Below, in pieces: positions 41,078 through 50,119 of a DNA stretch of 64,000 nucleotides. Below the pieces are notes generated by a model, which was given only the letters and a program-made list of their open reading frames with translations, was not told the origin of the DNA and searched no databases. The stretch is from the NCBI GenBank assembly GCA_030447315.1, contig JAUJPD010000005.1, forward strand, positions 95,140-159,139, given 5' to 3'. Position numbers and translations under genes: made by a program. The stretch is from Actinomycetota bacterium. Lineage in GTDB: Bacteria > Actinomycetota > CADDZG01 > WHSQ01. Position 1 is the first letter of the stretch. Each line of letters begins with the position of its first letter.

Positions 41078-42025
41078 ATGGATGCTCCTCCCGTTCCCGA
41101 CTCTGTGGCCCTGATCGAAGCGCGCGGCCTCACCAAGACCTTCGGGAACCACGTCGCGGTCGATGGGATCAGCTTCGAGGTGCGACGAGGCGAAGCCTTC
41201 GGCTTTCTGGGACCGAACGGCGCCGGCAAGACATCCACCATGAAGATGATCGGTTGTACCTCACCGCCCGGTGGGGGAGCGCTGCGGGTGATCGGGATGG
41301 ACCCGATCGCGCAGGCATCCGAGATCAAGAGGCGGATCGGTGTGGTTCCGCAGACCGACAACCTCGACATCGAGCTGACGGTCCGAGAGAACCTCGAGAT
41401 GTACGGACGCTACTTCGACGTTCCTCGCGAGGTGGCGGCCGCGCGTATCGACGAGCTCATCGAGTTCGTTCAGCTGAGCGAGAAGATGACGAGCAGGGTC
41501 GAGCCACTATCCGGCGGGATGAAGCGGCGGCTGACCATCGCGCGAGCCCTGGTCAACCAGCCCGATCTGCTCTTGCTTGACGAGCCGACCACGGGACTCG
41601 ACCCTCAAGCGCGCCACCTGGTCTGGGACCGTCTCTATCGGCTGAAACAACGAGGCGTAACTCTCGTCATCACCACCCATTACATGGACGAGGCCGAACA
41701 ACTGTGTGATCGCCTCGTCGTGATGGACAAAGCGAAGATCGTTGCAGAGGGATCTCCTCGTGAGCTGATCACCCGTCACAGCACGCGGGAGGTGGTGGAG
41801 CTGCGTCTGGCGGACGACGCTCGCGACCAGCTGTCCGCCTCGATAGACGGCCTGGTGGACCGGGTCGAGTGGCTGCCGGACAGGGTGTTGCTCTATACCG
41901 AGACGGGGGACGGGATCCTCACCGAGATACACGACAGGGGGGTCCGCACCGACAGCGCCTTGGTGCGGAGAGGGACGCTCGAAGATGTCTTCCTGACGAT
42001 CACCGGACGGTCGTTGATCGAGTGA
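41078..42025 (+). CDS. ABC transporter ATP-binding protein (DrrA/NodI-like, ABC-2 exporter)
   Basis: Walker A GPNGAGKTS, signature LSGGMKRRL, Walker B LLLLDEPTTGLD. Confidence 0.92.
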   Translation: MDAPPVPDSVALIEARGLTKTFGNHVAVDGISFEVRRGEAFGFLGPNGAGKTSTMKMIGCTSPPGGGALRVIGMDPIAQASEIKRRIGVVPQTDNLDIELTVRENLEMYGRYFDVPREVAAARIDELIEFVQLSEKMTSRVEPLSGGMKRRLTIARALVNQPDLLLLDEPTTGLDPQARHLVWDRLYRLKQRGVTLVITTHYMDEAEQLCDRLVVMDKAKIVAEGSPRELITRHSTREVVELRLADDARDQLSASIDGLVDRVEWLPDRVLLYTETGDGILTEIHDRGVRTDSALVRRGTLEDVFLTITGRSLIE

Positions 42026-42780
42026 GCGCCGGCAAGATTGTCAGACGCAACTCGCTGGTCTATTGGCGGGCCTGGAGGACCTCATTCTTCCTGTCCGTCT
42101 TGGGCCCGGTGATGTTCCTCTCGGCGATGGGGCTTGGGCTGGGGTCACTGATCGAAGAGGAACAGGCCTTTGGCGGGGTGTCATATCTCTCGTTCTTCGC
42201 GACGGGGATGCTGGCGGCCAGCACTTTCCAGTCGGGTGCTTTCAGCGCGACCTACCCGATCATGAACAAGATGATGTGGCAGAGGAACTACGACGCCATG
42301 CTGGCTTCACCCGTCGGTGTCCGCGACATCTTCCTGGGCGAGCTGGGCTGGATCGGGGTCACGCTGCTGCAGCTGGCGGTCCCATTCTTCGGGGTCATGG
42401 CCGTCTTCGGGGTAGTCGATTCCCCGATGGCGCTGCTGGCCATCCCGGCTGCGGTCCTGGCGGGGCTCAGTTGCGCCTCGGCGGTGTTCGCGTACACGGC
42501 CACGTTGCAGACCGACGAGGCCTACACCTGGCTGTTCAGGTTCATCATCACGCCCTTGTTCCTGTTGTCGGGAACGTTCTTCCCGATCAATCAGCTCCCG
42601 GAGTGGGGCCAGGTCGCGGCCCACCTGACACCGCTGTTCCACGGGGTCGAGCTGGTCAGACAGGTGACCGTCTATAACGTGGACGTCTCCGCACTGTGGC
42701 ACGTGAGCTATCTGCTGGCGATGCTGGCCATAGGCACGATGGTGGGGATCCGGAATCTCGACCGGAGGCTGCGGCCCTGA
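42022..42780 (+). CDS. ABC-2 type transporter permease
   Basis: GTGA overlap with the ATPase. Six hydrophobic segments; NodJ/DrrB-like. Confidence 0.82.
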   Translation: MSAGKIVRRNSLVYWRAWRTSFFLSVLGPVMFLSAMGLGLGSLIEEEQAFGGVSYLSFFATGMLAASTFQSGAFSATYPIMNKMMWQRNYDAMLASPVGVRDIFLGELGWIGVTLLQLAVPFFGVMAVFGVVDSPMALLAIPAAVLAGLSCASAVFAYTATLQTDEAYTWLFRFIITPLFLLSGTFFPINQLPEWGQVAAHLTPLFHGVELVRQVTVYNVDVSALWHVSYLLAMLAIGTMVGIRNLDRRLRP

Positions 42781-43583
42781 TGGGGCTCCAGGCCGGTCTG
42801 CAGGTATACCCGCGGCCGTCATTGCGGCGTTCCACCAAGCTGGTTCGCCGCAACATGCTTGCCTACAAGCACTACTGGATCGCGTTCGTCAGTGGTTTCT
42901 TCGAGCCGGTCTTCTACCTCGCCGCAGTGGGATTCGGAGTCGGGCGATTCGTGGAGACCGTGCCGTACGAGGGGGCCGAGATCCCGTACGCGGTATTCCT
43001 GGCCCCCGGGATGCTCGCGGCATCCAGTCTCAACGGGGCGCTGTTCGATGGATTCTTCAGCCCCTTTTTCAAACTGAACTGGATGAAGACCTACGAGGGC
43101 ATCATGACGACACCGATGAACATCCCCGACATCGCGGTCGGCGAGATGCTATGGGCGGTCATCCGGGGAACGATCTACGGCAGCGGGTTCTTGATCGTGA
43201 TGCTGGTTCTCGGCCTGATCCGGTCTCCATGGGGGTTGCTCGCTCTTCCCGCGGTGGTGCTGTCGGGCGCCGCCTTGGCCGCCGGTGCCATGATCCTGAC
43301 CGGACTCACCCGACAGATCTCGTCGATAGAGAAGGTGATGACGTTGGCGGTGTTCCCGCTGTTTCTGTTCTCGGGGACCTTTTTCCCGGTGTCGCTCTAT
43401 CCTGGCTATCTGCAACCTGTGGTGCAAGCGACGCCTCTGTACCACTCGGCCTCGTTGCTCAGAGCGCTGACCACCGGGCAGGTCCATCCGGACATCCTGT
43501 GGCACGTCGGATACCTGATCGCTATGTTCCTGGTCGCTACGGGTATCGCGATGCGTCTGATGCGGAGGCGGTTGGTCTCCTAG
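42780..43583 (+). CDS. ABC-2 type transporter permease (second subunit)
   Basis: Stop/start overlap with the first permease. Paralogous membrane protein (DrrC-like arrangement). Confidence 0.82.
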   Translation: MGLQAGLQVYPRPSLRRSTKLVRRNMLAYKHYWIAFVSGFFEPVFYLAAVGFGVGRFVETVPYEGAEIPYAVFLAPGMLAASSLNGALFDGFFSPFFKLNWMKTYEGIMTTPMNIPDIAVGEMLWAVIRGTIYGSGFLIVMLVLGLIRSPWGLLALPAVVLSGAALAAGAMILTGLTRQISSIEKVMTLAVFPLFLFSGTFFPVSLYPGYLQPVVQATPLYHSASLLRALTTGQVHPDILWHVGYLIAMFLVATGIAMRLMRRRLVS

Positions 43584-44569
43584 AGGAACGCTTGTACGGG
43601 GGTGGCCGGCGAGTGGCCGTGCACCGAGATGTCTCGTCTGCGGTCGACGGCGATGCTGGACCCCCGGCGACTCTTCGCCACATGCTTCATCTCCGCGGCT
43701 ACTTCAGAAGCTTCCCAATGGCTCTGCAACGGACGCACGCTATTGGAAGCCACACCTATGGAGACGCTGGCCATCGGGAAGCGCTGCAATTGACCTCTGC
43801 GGTCGGCGACCTCGATATAACCCCGATCCGCGTCCTCGGGCTCGTAAAGGTTCGGAGCCAAGTCCTCCCAGTTTCGGACGATCTCTTCGGCTACGGTCAC
43901 CGCGCCGTCGCCATCCACTATCGCGACGAGGTCGTCGCCGCCGATGTGACCCACGAACCCGCTTGTCGGTGAGTGCGCGGTGACTGCGTCACGAACGCAG
44001 CGACCCAGCAACTTGATCGCTTCGTCTCCACGAAGGAAGCCGTAATGGTCGTTGAAGGCCTTGAACTCATCCAGGTCGATATGGAGCAGCGCGAAGTGGC
44101 TCTTGCCTTGGATCCGGTCCACCAGCTCCTCTTGGATCGCGACGTTGCCCGGGAGCCGGGTTAGGGGATTCGCACCGCCCATGCTGCGGCTGCGCCTCAG
44201 CGACAGCTCGATCCGGATGATCAGGTCTTGCGGGTCGAAAGGCTTGAATAGGTAATCGTCTATGCAGTCGAGGATCTCGGGCAGGCGGCCCCGGGCGGAG
44301 GAGTCCCCGGTCAGGGCGATCACGGGGATGTGCTTGAGGGAAACATCCCGCGCTAGCTGCTTGCAGACCTGGAAGCCGTCCATGCGGGGCAGGACTATGT
44401 CCAGGAGGATCAAGGCGGGCTTGTGGCTGGTGGCCAGCGCGACGCCCTGGTCGCCGCTGGAGGCGGTCACCGTCTCGTACCCGGAGCCGTCAAGGATGGT
44501 GCTCACCAGCCGGCTGATCTCGGCATCGTCTTCGACGATCAAGATCAGTTCGTGCCGTGCTTGTCTCAT
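43580..44569 (-). CDS. response regulator with a GGDEF-type output domain (variant motif GGDDL)
   Basis: Receiver ILIVEDDAE..ILLDIVLPRMDG..KPF. The output domain has LPGN..IDLDEFKAFNDHYGFLRGDEAIK..GHIGGDDLVAIV. Confidence 0.85.
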   Translation of the reverse strand: MRQARHELILIVEDDAEISRLVSTILDGSGYETVTASSGDQGVALATSHKPALILLDIVLPRMDGFQVCKQLARDVSLKHIPVIALTGDSSARGRLPEILDCIDDYLFKPFDPQDLIIRIELSLRRSRSMGGANPLTRLPGNVAIQEELVDRIQGKSHFALLHIDLDEFKAFNDHYGFLRGDEAIKLLGRCVRDAVTAHSPTSGFVGHIGGDDLVAIVDGDGAVTVAEEIVRNWEDLAPNLYEPEDADRGYIEVADRRGQLQRFPMASVSIGVASNSVRPLQSHWEASEVAAEMKHVAKSRRGSSIAVDRRRDISVHGHSPATPVQAFL

Positions 44570-44709
44570 GCCTGCCTCTCAGTGGGATCGGATCGGGAGA
44601 AATACGACACGGGCCCGAGGGTTTCCTGCCAAATGTTGGGATTCGCGCTCATTGTCCCCTCTGACTATCGCGCGCTGCGGGCCACCCACGCTGGATTAGC
44701 ATCGGCGTC

Positions 44710-45120
44710 ATGGCCGAGCTTCCCCTCACCGAGCCGGCCGAAACCCGCATCGAGGAGCCGCCGGGCTCTCTCGGCGAGCTGCGATCTGCGTCCTCACCTG
44801 ACGGTGTGGCGGCGGTTGCCGCCCGCTATCCCTCTTGCCTCGCGGCGTGGGCGGCGCTGGGTGAGGCCGAGTTGGCCGCCGACAGCGCCGTGGCCGCCTA
44901 CGCCTACTTCCGCGTCGGCTATCACCGGGGACTCGATCGGATCCGCCGAGCAGGCTGGCGCGGAAGTGGCCGCGTCCCGTGGTCGCATGAGCCCAACCAG
45001 GGCTTCCTTCGCTGCCTGAGAGGTCTCGGCCTGGCTGCGGCGCGGATCGACGAGGTCGACGAGGCTCAGAGATGCGCCGACTTCCTGCGTCAGCTGGCCC
45101 CCGAAGCCCCTGAAGACTGA
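44710..45120 (+). CDS. DUF3151-family protein
   Basis: YAYFRVGYHRGLDRIRRAGWRGSGRVPWSHEPNQGFLRCL matches my recollection of the DUF3151 core. Confidence 0.65.
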   Translation: MAELPLTEPAETRIEEPPGSLGELRSASSPDGVAAVAARYPSCLAAWAALGEAELAADSAVAAYAYFRVGYHRGLDRIRRAGWRGSGRVPWSHEPNQGFLRCLRGLGLAAARIDEVDEAQRCADFLRQLAPEAPED

Positions 45121-45133
45121 GCTACCTCACTTT

Positions 45134-45781
45134 CTATCTACGCCGAGCCTGATCCAGGAAGTCCCCGAGGGCGGCCGCCAGGGCTTCGTACTTCCCCCAA
45201 AAGAAATGGTTGGCCCCTTTCATCTCTTGGTAGCTAGCCCCCGTCTCCTGCGCCCAGCTTCGACACGCCGCCGGTGACACGTGGCGGTCGTTGGCGCCGC
45301 AAACGACGAGGGTAGGGCCCGGGAAGGTGAACGAATCCGGGGCCGGGGCTCCCGCGGTGATATCCGGTTTCGGGACGATGGCGGGAGCGATCGCGGTGCA
45401 GGCGACTAGCTCCGGGCGAAGGCTTGCCGCCCGGAGCGAAACCGCTCCTCCGAACGACCAGCCTGCGATGGCCAGCGGAAGCTCGGGATAGACCCCGCTC
45501 GCGTGGGCGAGTGCCCCATCGGCATCCGCGACCTCTGCCACTCCCGTGCCGGACTCGCCGTCGGACGACCCGATGCCGCGGAAGTTGAACCTCAGCACCC
45601 CCCACTGCTGTTGAACCAGATGATCCCGCAGCGCCACTAGCAACGGGGCCTTCATCGTGCCCCCCATCTTCGGGTGCGGATGGCAAAGAACGATAGAAGC
45701 GACCGGGTTGTCGGGGTGATCGAAGACCGCCTCCAACGAGAGACCGTCGCTCGAAGAGGCCCGTATCAGCTCAGATCTCAT
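45134..45781 (-). CDS. alpha/beta-fold hydrolase
   Basis: VLCHPHPKMGGTM..FNFRGIGSSDG..AGWSFGG (nucleophile elbow). Confidence 0.7.
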   Translation of the reverse strand: MRSELIRASSSDGLSLEAVFDHPDNPVASIVLCHPHPKMGGTMKAPLLVALRDHLVQQQWGVLRFNFRGIGSSDGESGTGVAEVADADGALAHASGVYPELPLAIAGWSFGGAVSLRAASLRPELVACTAIAPAIVPKPDITAGAPAPDSFTFPGPTLVVCGANDRHVSPAACRSWAQETGASYQEMKGANHFFWGKYEALAAALGDFLDQARRR

Positions 45782-46200
45782 CCGCCTGCCGCTTGCCGCA
45801 GGGCCTCTCGGATCGCCTCTCCCGTTTCCCGCGCATGGACCTCATCCCGGTAACCGCGCCGGGGCCAGAAGAATCCCTTGAGCCCGTCTTTGGGTTCGCG
45901 TGGCACGACGTGGACGTGCAGGTGGGGCACGCTTTGGCTGACCTTGTTGTTGATGGCGATGAAGGAGCCTCGAGCAGCGAGGGCCTGAGGAACCGCTCGA
46001 GACAGCGTCTGCACCCGCTGGAAGAGAGGCCCCACCATCTGGTGGGGGAGCTCCGGCAGGGTCTCGAAGTGGGTCCGAGGAATCAACAGGCAGTGTCCGG
46101 GGAATAGAGGACGGATATCGAGGAAGCCCAGGAAATCGTCGTCTTCGAGCACGACCTCGGCCCCCTTTTCTCCGGCCGCGATCTCACAGAAGACACACAT
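45778..46200 (-). CDS. HIT-family hydrolase
   Basis: MCVFCEIAAGE.. and the histidine triad VPHLHVHVVPR. Overlaps the hydrolase start by 4 nt. Confidence 0.85.
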   Translation of the reverse strand: MCVFCEIAAGEKGAEVVLEDDDFLGFLDIRPLFPGHCLLIPRTHFETLPELPHQMVGPLFQRVQTLSRAVPQALAARGSFIAINNKVSQSVPHLHVHVVPREPKDGLKGFFWPRRGYRDEVHARETGEAIREALRQAAGG

Positions 46201-46216
46201 GGATCGGAGACTACGC

Positions 46217-46927
46217 ATGATCGAAGTTGACCCGGCAACGGTGGTGGTCTTTGCCGATATCGGCTGTCCGTGGGCTCATCTGGCGGTGTACCGGCTCCAC
46301 GAAACGAGGGCGCGGCTCGGCCTCCAGGACCGGGTCCGCTTCGATATCAGAGCGTTCCCGCTCGAGTTCTTCAACACCCAACCGACGCCGAAGCTGGTCC
46401 TGGAAGCAGAGACCGTGGCGGTCGGCACGTTGGCCCCCCGCGCCGGATGGCAGCTATGGCAGGAGCCCGATCATCGATATCCCGTCACGACTCTGCCTGC
46501 GCTCGAGGCGGTGGAGGCGGCCAAGGAGCAAGGCTTGCGCGCAAGCGAGCAACTCGATCGCGCGCTCCGCACCGCGTTCTTCGGAGCCAGTCGCACGATC
46601 TCGATGCGCCACGTGATCGAGGAGGTCGCGCTGGGCTGCAGCGAGCTCGATACCCCGAAGCTGATGGAGGCCCTGGACGACGGGCGGGCTCGCCGGGCCG
46701 TGATGGACCAGGCTCAGGTCGCCCAGGGCGATCTCGTACAGGGCAGTCCGCACCTCTTTCTGCCGGACGGAACGAACGTGCACAATCCCGGGATCGAGAT
46801 GCACTGGGAAGGTGAACACGGGAAGGGCTTCCCCCTGATCGAGAGCGATGATCCGGCGATCTACGAGCAACTGCTGCAGCGCGCAGCAGGTGACGAAGGA
46901 GGTACGGGTGGACGAGGCAACGGTTAG
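46217..46927 (+). CDS. DsbA-family thioredoxin-fold protein (single-Cys CPWA motif)
   Basis: VVVFADIGCPWAHLAVYRL..; DsbA/FrnE-like length and helical insert. The start is chosen at MIEVDP. Confidence 0.65.
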   Translation: MIEVDPATVVVFADIGCPWAHLAVYRLHETRARLGLQDRVRFDIRAFPLEFFNTQPTPKLVLEAETVAVGTLAPRAGWQLWQEPDHRYPVTTLPALEAVEAAKEQGLRASEQLDRALRTAFFGASRTISMRHVIEEVALGCSELDTPKLMEALDDGRARRAVMDQAQVAQGDLVQGSPHLFLPDGTNVHNPGIEMHWEGEHGKGFPLIESDDPAIYEQLLQRAAGDEGGTGGRGNG

Positions 46928-47201
46928 AGAGCTGGCCGAGGCTCACGGCAACGCGACGGTGGCGGGGGACCTGAAGAAGGCGGGCAGTGTCCTCGACAAG
47001 GCGGCTTACGGCGCTGCGGGCGAGGTGATGAAACAGATGCCGGGCGGCTTGACCGGGTGCGAGATCGTAGACACCCGCAGCGAGGCGGACGCTGTGGTGG
47101 TCACCATCCTCTATCGCGGCGCGGATGCCAGCGCGTCTATCGAGTCCCGCTGGGCGGAGCGGGACGGCAGCCCGAAGATCGTGGACCTGAAGGCCCTCTA
47201 G
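46908..47201 (+). CDS. hypothetical protein
   Basis: GGAGG followed by GTG 46908. 97 aa, no family recognised. Confidence 0.35.
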   Translation: MDEATVRELAEAHGNATVAGDLKKAGSVLDKAAYGAAGEVMKQMPGGLTGCEIVDTRSEADAVVVTILYRGADASASIESRWAERDGSPKIVDLKAL

Positions 47202-47214
47202 GTAGGCTACGGAC

Positions 47215-47601
47215 GTGCAAGCCGATGTCAATGGCCTTCAGCGCAAGATCCTGACCGCGGGGGTTCGCCCCCTGAAGGCGGTTGATGGATCGGACGGCAT
47301 CTCGGTGCGCGACGGTTACACGCTCCCGTTCGTGGTCACTCGAGAGTGGTCGGCTCCGGCCGGCTATTACACCGAGCAGTGGTTCCTGGTGAAGCCCGAT
47401 ACCGGCGAGGTGTTCGTCGAGGGTGTCCCGCAAGAGGCTTTGATCTGGGGGCTCCAGTCCCGCACCGAGCTTCGCGACGAGGTGACGGAGCCGCTGCCGG
47501 TACCGCCCGGGACCTACCAGCTGGTGTTCGCTCTCAACCGCTTGAAGGGTGGAGAGCTCGAGGTCGAGGTGGCCGAGGCCCCTGCGGAGGAGGCCGCCTA
47601 G
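47215..47601 (+). CDS. hypothetical protein
   Basis: 128-aa ORF with coding-like composition. No family recognised. Confidence 0.35.
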   Translation: MQADVNGLQRKILTAGVRPLKAVDGSDGISVRDGYTLPFVVTREWSAPAGYYTEQWFLVKPDTGEVFVEGVPQEALIWGLQSRTELRDEVTEPLPVPPGTYQLVFALNRLKGGELEVEVAEAPAEEAA

Positions 47602-47762
47602 CAGGGTTGACCTGCCGCCTCCCAGGTAGCAGACTGTTTCCGCCGGTTACTGAGCCCGCCTGAGCTTCCCCTCAAGGCGGCCGCAGCAGCCGGCTTTTCC
47701 GTGTGGGGGCTCCGGTGCGCGAGAAGTTGGAATAAAGCGCCGCGGCTCCTATCCTTGGCCCC

Positions 47763-48890
47763 ATGCGAAAGGGCGCCTTGCTGTTGCTGATAGCTGCCAT
47801 GCTCGCGCCCGCCTGTTCGCTGCAGACGCCCCTCGAGACCCAAGCGGGGCAAGCCGAGCCGGCCGAGCCTCAGCGTTCGCCTCTCGAGCAGGATGAGGCG
47901 CCCCCTCCGCATTCGGAGTTGTCCGAGATCGTCGAACAAGCCCTTCCTTCGGTCGTCAACGTCAAGGTGGAGTCGGTGAACCTGTCACAGAGCGGTCCTC
48001 CGATCGAAGGGAGGGGAGAGGGCTCGGGGGTGGTGATAGACGAGAAGGGCATCATCCTCACGAACTATCACGTGATCGAGGGGGCCGTGGAGGTTCGCGT
48101 CGTGTTCACCGACGATCACGAGGCGCTGGAGGGTCGCGTGATCGGTGGAGATATCGACCGCGACCTCGCGGTGATCGAGGTCGAGGCAGACGATCTCGAT
48201 GCGATCCCCATCGGGAGCTCCGATCAGCTGAAGCTGGGCGACGGTGTCATCGCGATGGGATTCCCACTGGGGCTCGGCGGGCCCACCGTCACCAGCGGCA
48301 TCCTCTCGGGGAGCAATCGCAAGATCCAGGCCCGCGCCTCCACGGAGATCGAGGAACTTGTTCGGATTGCTTCAGACGGACGCGGCCATCAATCCGGGCA
48401 ACTCGGGGGGGCGCTCGTCGACCTGAACGGCCGGTTGGTCGGGATCAATACCGCGGTCGCGGGCTCCGCCGAGAACATCGGTTTCGCCATAGCGATCGAC
48501 AAGGCTCTGCCGATCATCAACGAGATCCTGACGGACCCACCCGAGGAGCAGGCGTGGCTGGGGGTTCAGCTGGGTGACATTACGACCCCGGCGCTGGCCG
48601 AGGAGCTGGGCCTGCCTGCGGACGCGCAGGGTGCGGTGGTGTTCGGGATCATTCCGGGAAGCCCCGCCGAGGAGTCCGATCTCGAGGAGGGCGAGGTCAT
48701 CACCTCCCTGAACGGCGAGGAGGTGGCCTCCAGCGAAGAGTTGATCGCGGCCCTGCGCAAGCTGGACCCCGGCACCGAGGTCGAGCTACGTGTGTTGTCG
48801 GCGGGCGGCGAGCGCACCGTCCGCACCGAGGTGGTACAGCGACCTGCAACGTTCGATGCCAGATCGCCCGATCCCGACGAGGACGAGTAA
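47763..48890 (+). pseudogene. HtrA/DegP-family serine protease with PDZ domain; a compensating pair of frame changes spans the catalytic-Ser motif
   Basis: Signal/lipobox-like LAPAC; His box TNYHVIEGA; Asp box DRDLAVIEV; PDZ domain WLGVQLGD... The expected LLQTDAAINPGNSGG is encoded only in the +1 frame between about 48352 and the 7-G run at 48405-48411. Confidence 0.82.
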
Positions 48891-48927
48891 GGGCGGAGCC
48901 GGAAAGCTCCGGCGTAGTCTCGCGGAG

Positions 48928-49131
48928 ATGAGGGTCAGGCTGCGCAACCCCGATCGGACGGTGGAGGTTTCCGGGCCGCGCGATGTGTCGATGCTGCTCC
49001 AGGAGCTACAGATCGTTCCCGAGGCGGTGCTCGTGATCAGGAACGCCACCCTCTTGACCCGCGACGAGACCTTGAATGAGGACGACGAGGTCGAGGTGCG
49101 ACCGGTCCTGTCGGGCGGCTCGGGCCCATGA
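48928..49131 (+). CDS. ThiS/MoaD/TtuB-like small sulfur-carrier (ubiquitin-fold) protein
   Basis: 67 aa, GGAG before the ATG, beta-grasp-like length. The C-terminus is ..EVEVRPVLSGGSGP with an internal GG. ATGA overlap with the PP-loop ATPase gene. Confidence 0.55.
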   Translation: MRVRLRNPDRTVEVSGPRDVSMLLQELQIVPEAVLVIRNATLLTRDETLNEDDEVEVRPVLSGGSGP

Positions 49132-50117
49132 AGTGCAAGGTGTGCCGCCAGCATGCGGTGATAGACGTAAGGCGTCACAACGCCGGTTTCTGTCGCACTC
49201 ATTTCCTGGATCACATCTCGAACCAAGTGGTCCGGACGATCAAAGAGTTCAAGATGTTCGGCCCCGACGATCGCCTGTTGGTCGCGGTGTCCGGAGGCAA
49301 GGACTCACTGGCGCTGTGGGATGTCCTCGTGGACCTCGGCTACGACGTCACCGGCTTCTACCTCGACCTGGGTATAGGGGGTTACTCGACCCGCAGCAAG
49401 GATGCCTGCATCCGCTACGCGGACGGCAAGGGGGCGAAGCTGATCGTGCGCAACCTGCGCGACGAACATGGCTACACGGTTCCCGAGCTGTCGAAGCTGG
49501 CTCGTCGGGCCCCGTGCTCGGGCTGCGGGCTGAACAAGCGTTACGAGTTCAATCGGGCCGCTCTCGAAGAGGGTTTCGACATCCTGATCACGGGCCACAA
49601 CCTGGACGACGAGGTCGCCACTCTGTTCGGCAACGTGCTCCACTGGAACACCGACATGTTGGGGCGCCAGGCCCCCGTCCTCCAAGAGCGCATCCTCACC
49701 GCGGGCCACGGCGCGCAGAAGGTGATGGTGAAGAAGGTGAAGCCTCTGGTGAAGATCGCGGAGCGAGAGACCGCCGCTTACGCGCTCTTGAAGGGGATCG
49801 ACTACGTGGTTGAGGAATGCCCGATGGTCGAGGGCAACACCCAGCACAAGTACAAAGAAGCGCTTACGTTGCTCGAGGAGGCCTCGCCCGGCACCAAGAG
49901 CCAGATGTACTTCGGCTTCTTGAAGAAAGCCGCACCGCGTTTCGCCGCGGCGCCGGAGGACGACGTCGAGCTGACGGCGTGCGCCGGCTGTGGCGCGGTC
50001 ACGATCGAGGTGGAGACGGGCGAGCCGATGTGCTCCTTCTGCAAGATGAAGGCGCTAGCTCATCGCAGGCGCGCCGACAGCCTCCCGGCTCCATCTATCC
50101 GCAAACCTCGGACCTGA
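49128..50117 (+). CDS. ttuA: TtuA/Ncs6-type tRNA 2-thiolation PP-loop ATPase with Zn fingers
   Basis: N-terminal CKVC..C..H, PP-loop VAVSGGKDS, Fe-S cysteines PCSGCG and ECP, C-terminal CAGCG..CSFC. Confidence 0.82.
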   Translation: MKCKVCRQHAVIDVRRHNAGFCRTHFLDHISNQVVRTIKEFKMFGPDDRLLVAVSGGKDSLALWDVLVDLGYDVTGFYLDLGIGGYSTRSKDACIRYADGKGAKLIVRNLRDEHGYTVPELSKLARRAPCSGCGLNKRYEFNRAALEEGFDILITGHNLDDEVATLFGNVLHWNTDMLGRQAPVLQERILTAGHGAQKVMVKKVKPLVKIAERETAAYALLKGIDYVVEECPMVEGNTQHKYKEALTLLEEASPGTKSQMYFGFLKKAAPRFAAAPEDDVELTACAGCGAVTIEVETGEPMCSFCKMKALAHRRRADSLPAPSIRKPRT

Positions 50118-50119
50118 GA

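Noticed and set aside
41040-41080. Leaderless promoter for the ABC ATPase (TAGGGT about 7 nt before the ATG at 41078)
   Set aside because: The -10-like hexamer is plausible, but I could not find a convincingly spaced -35 or an extended -10. This is too weak to call from sequence alone.
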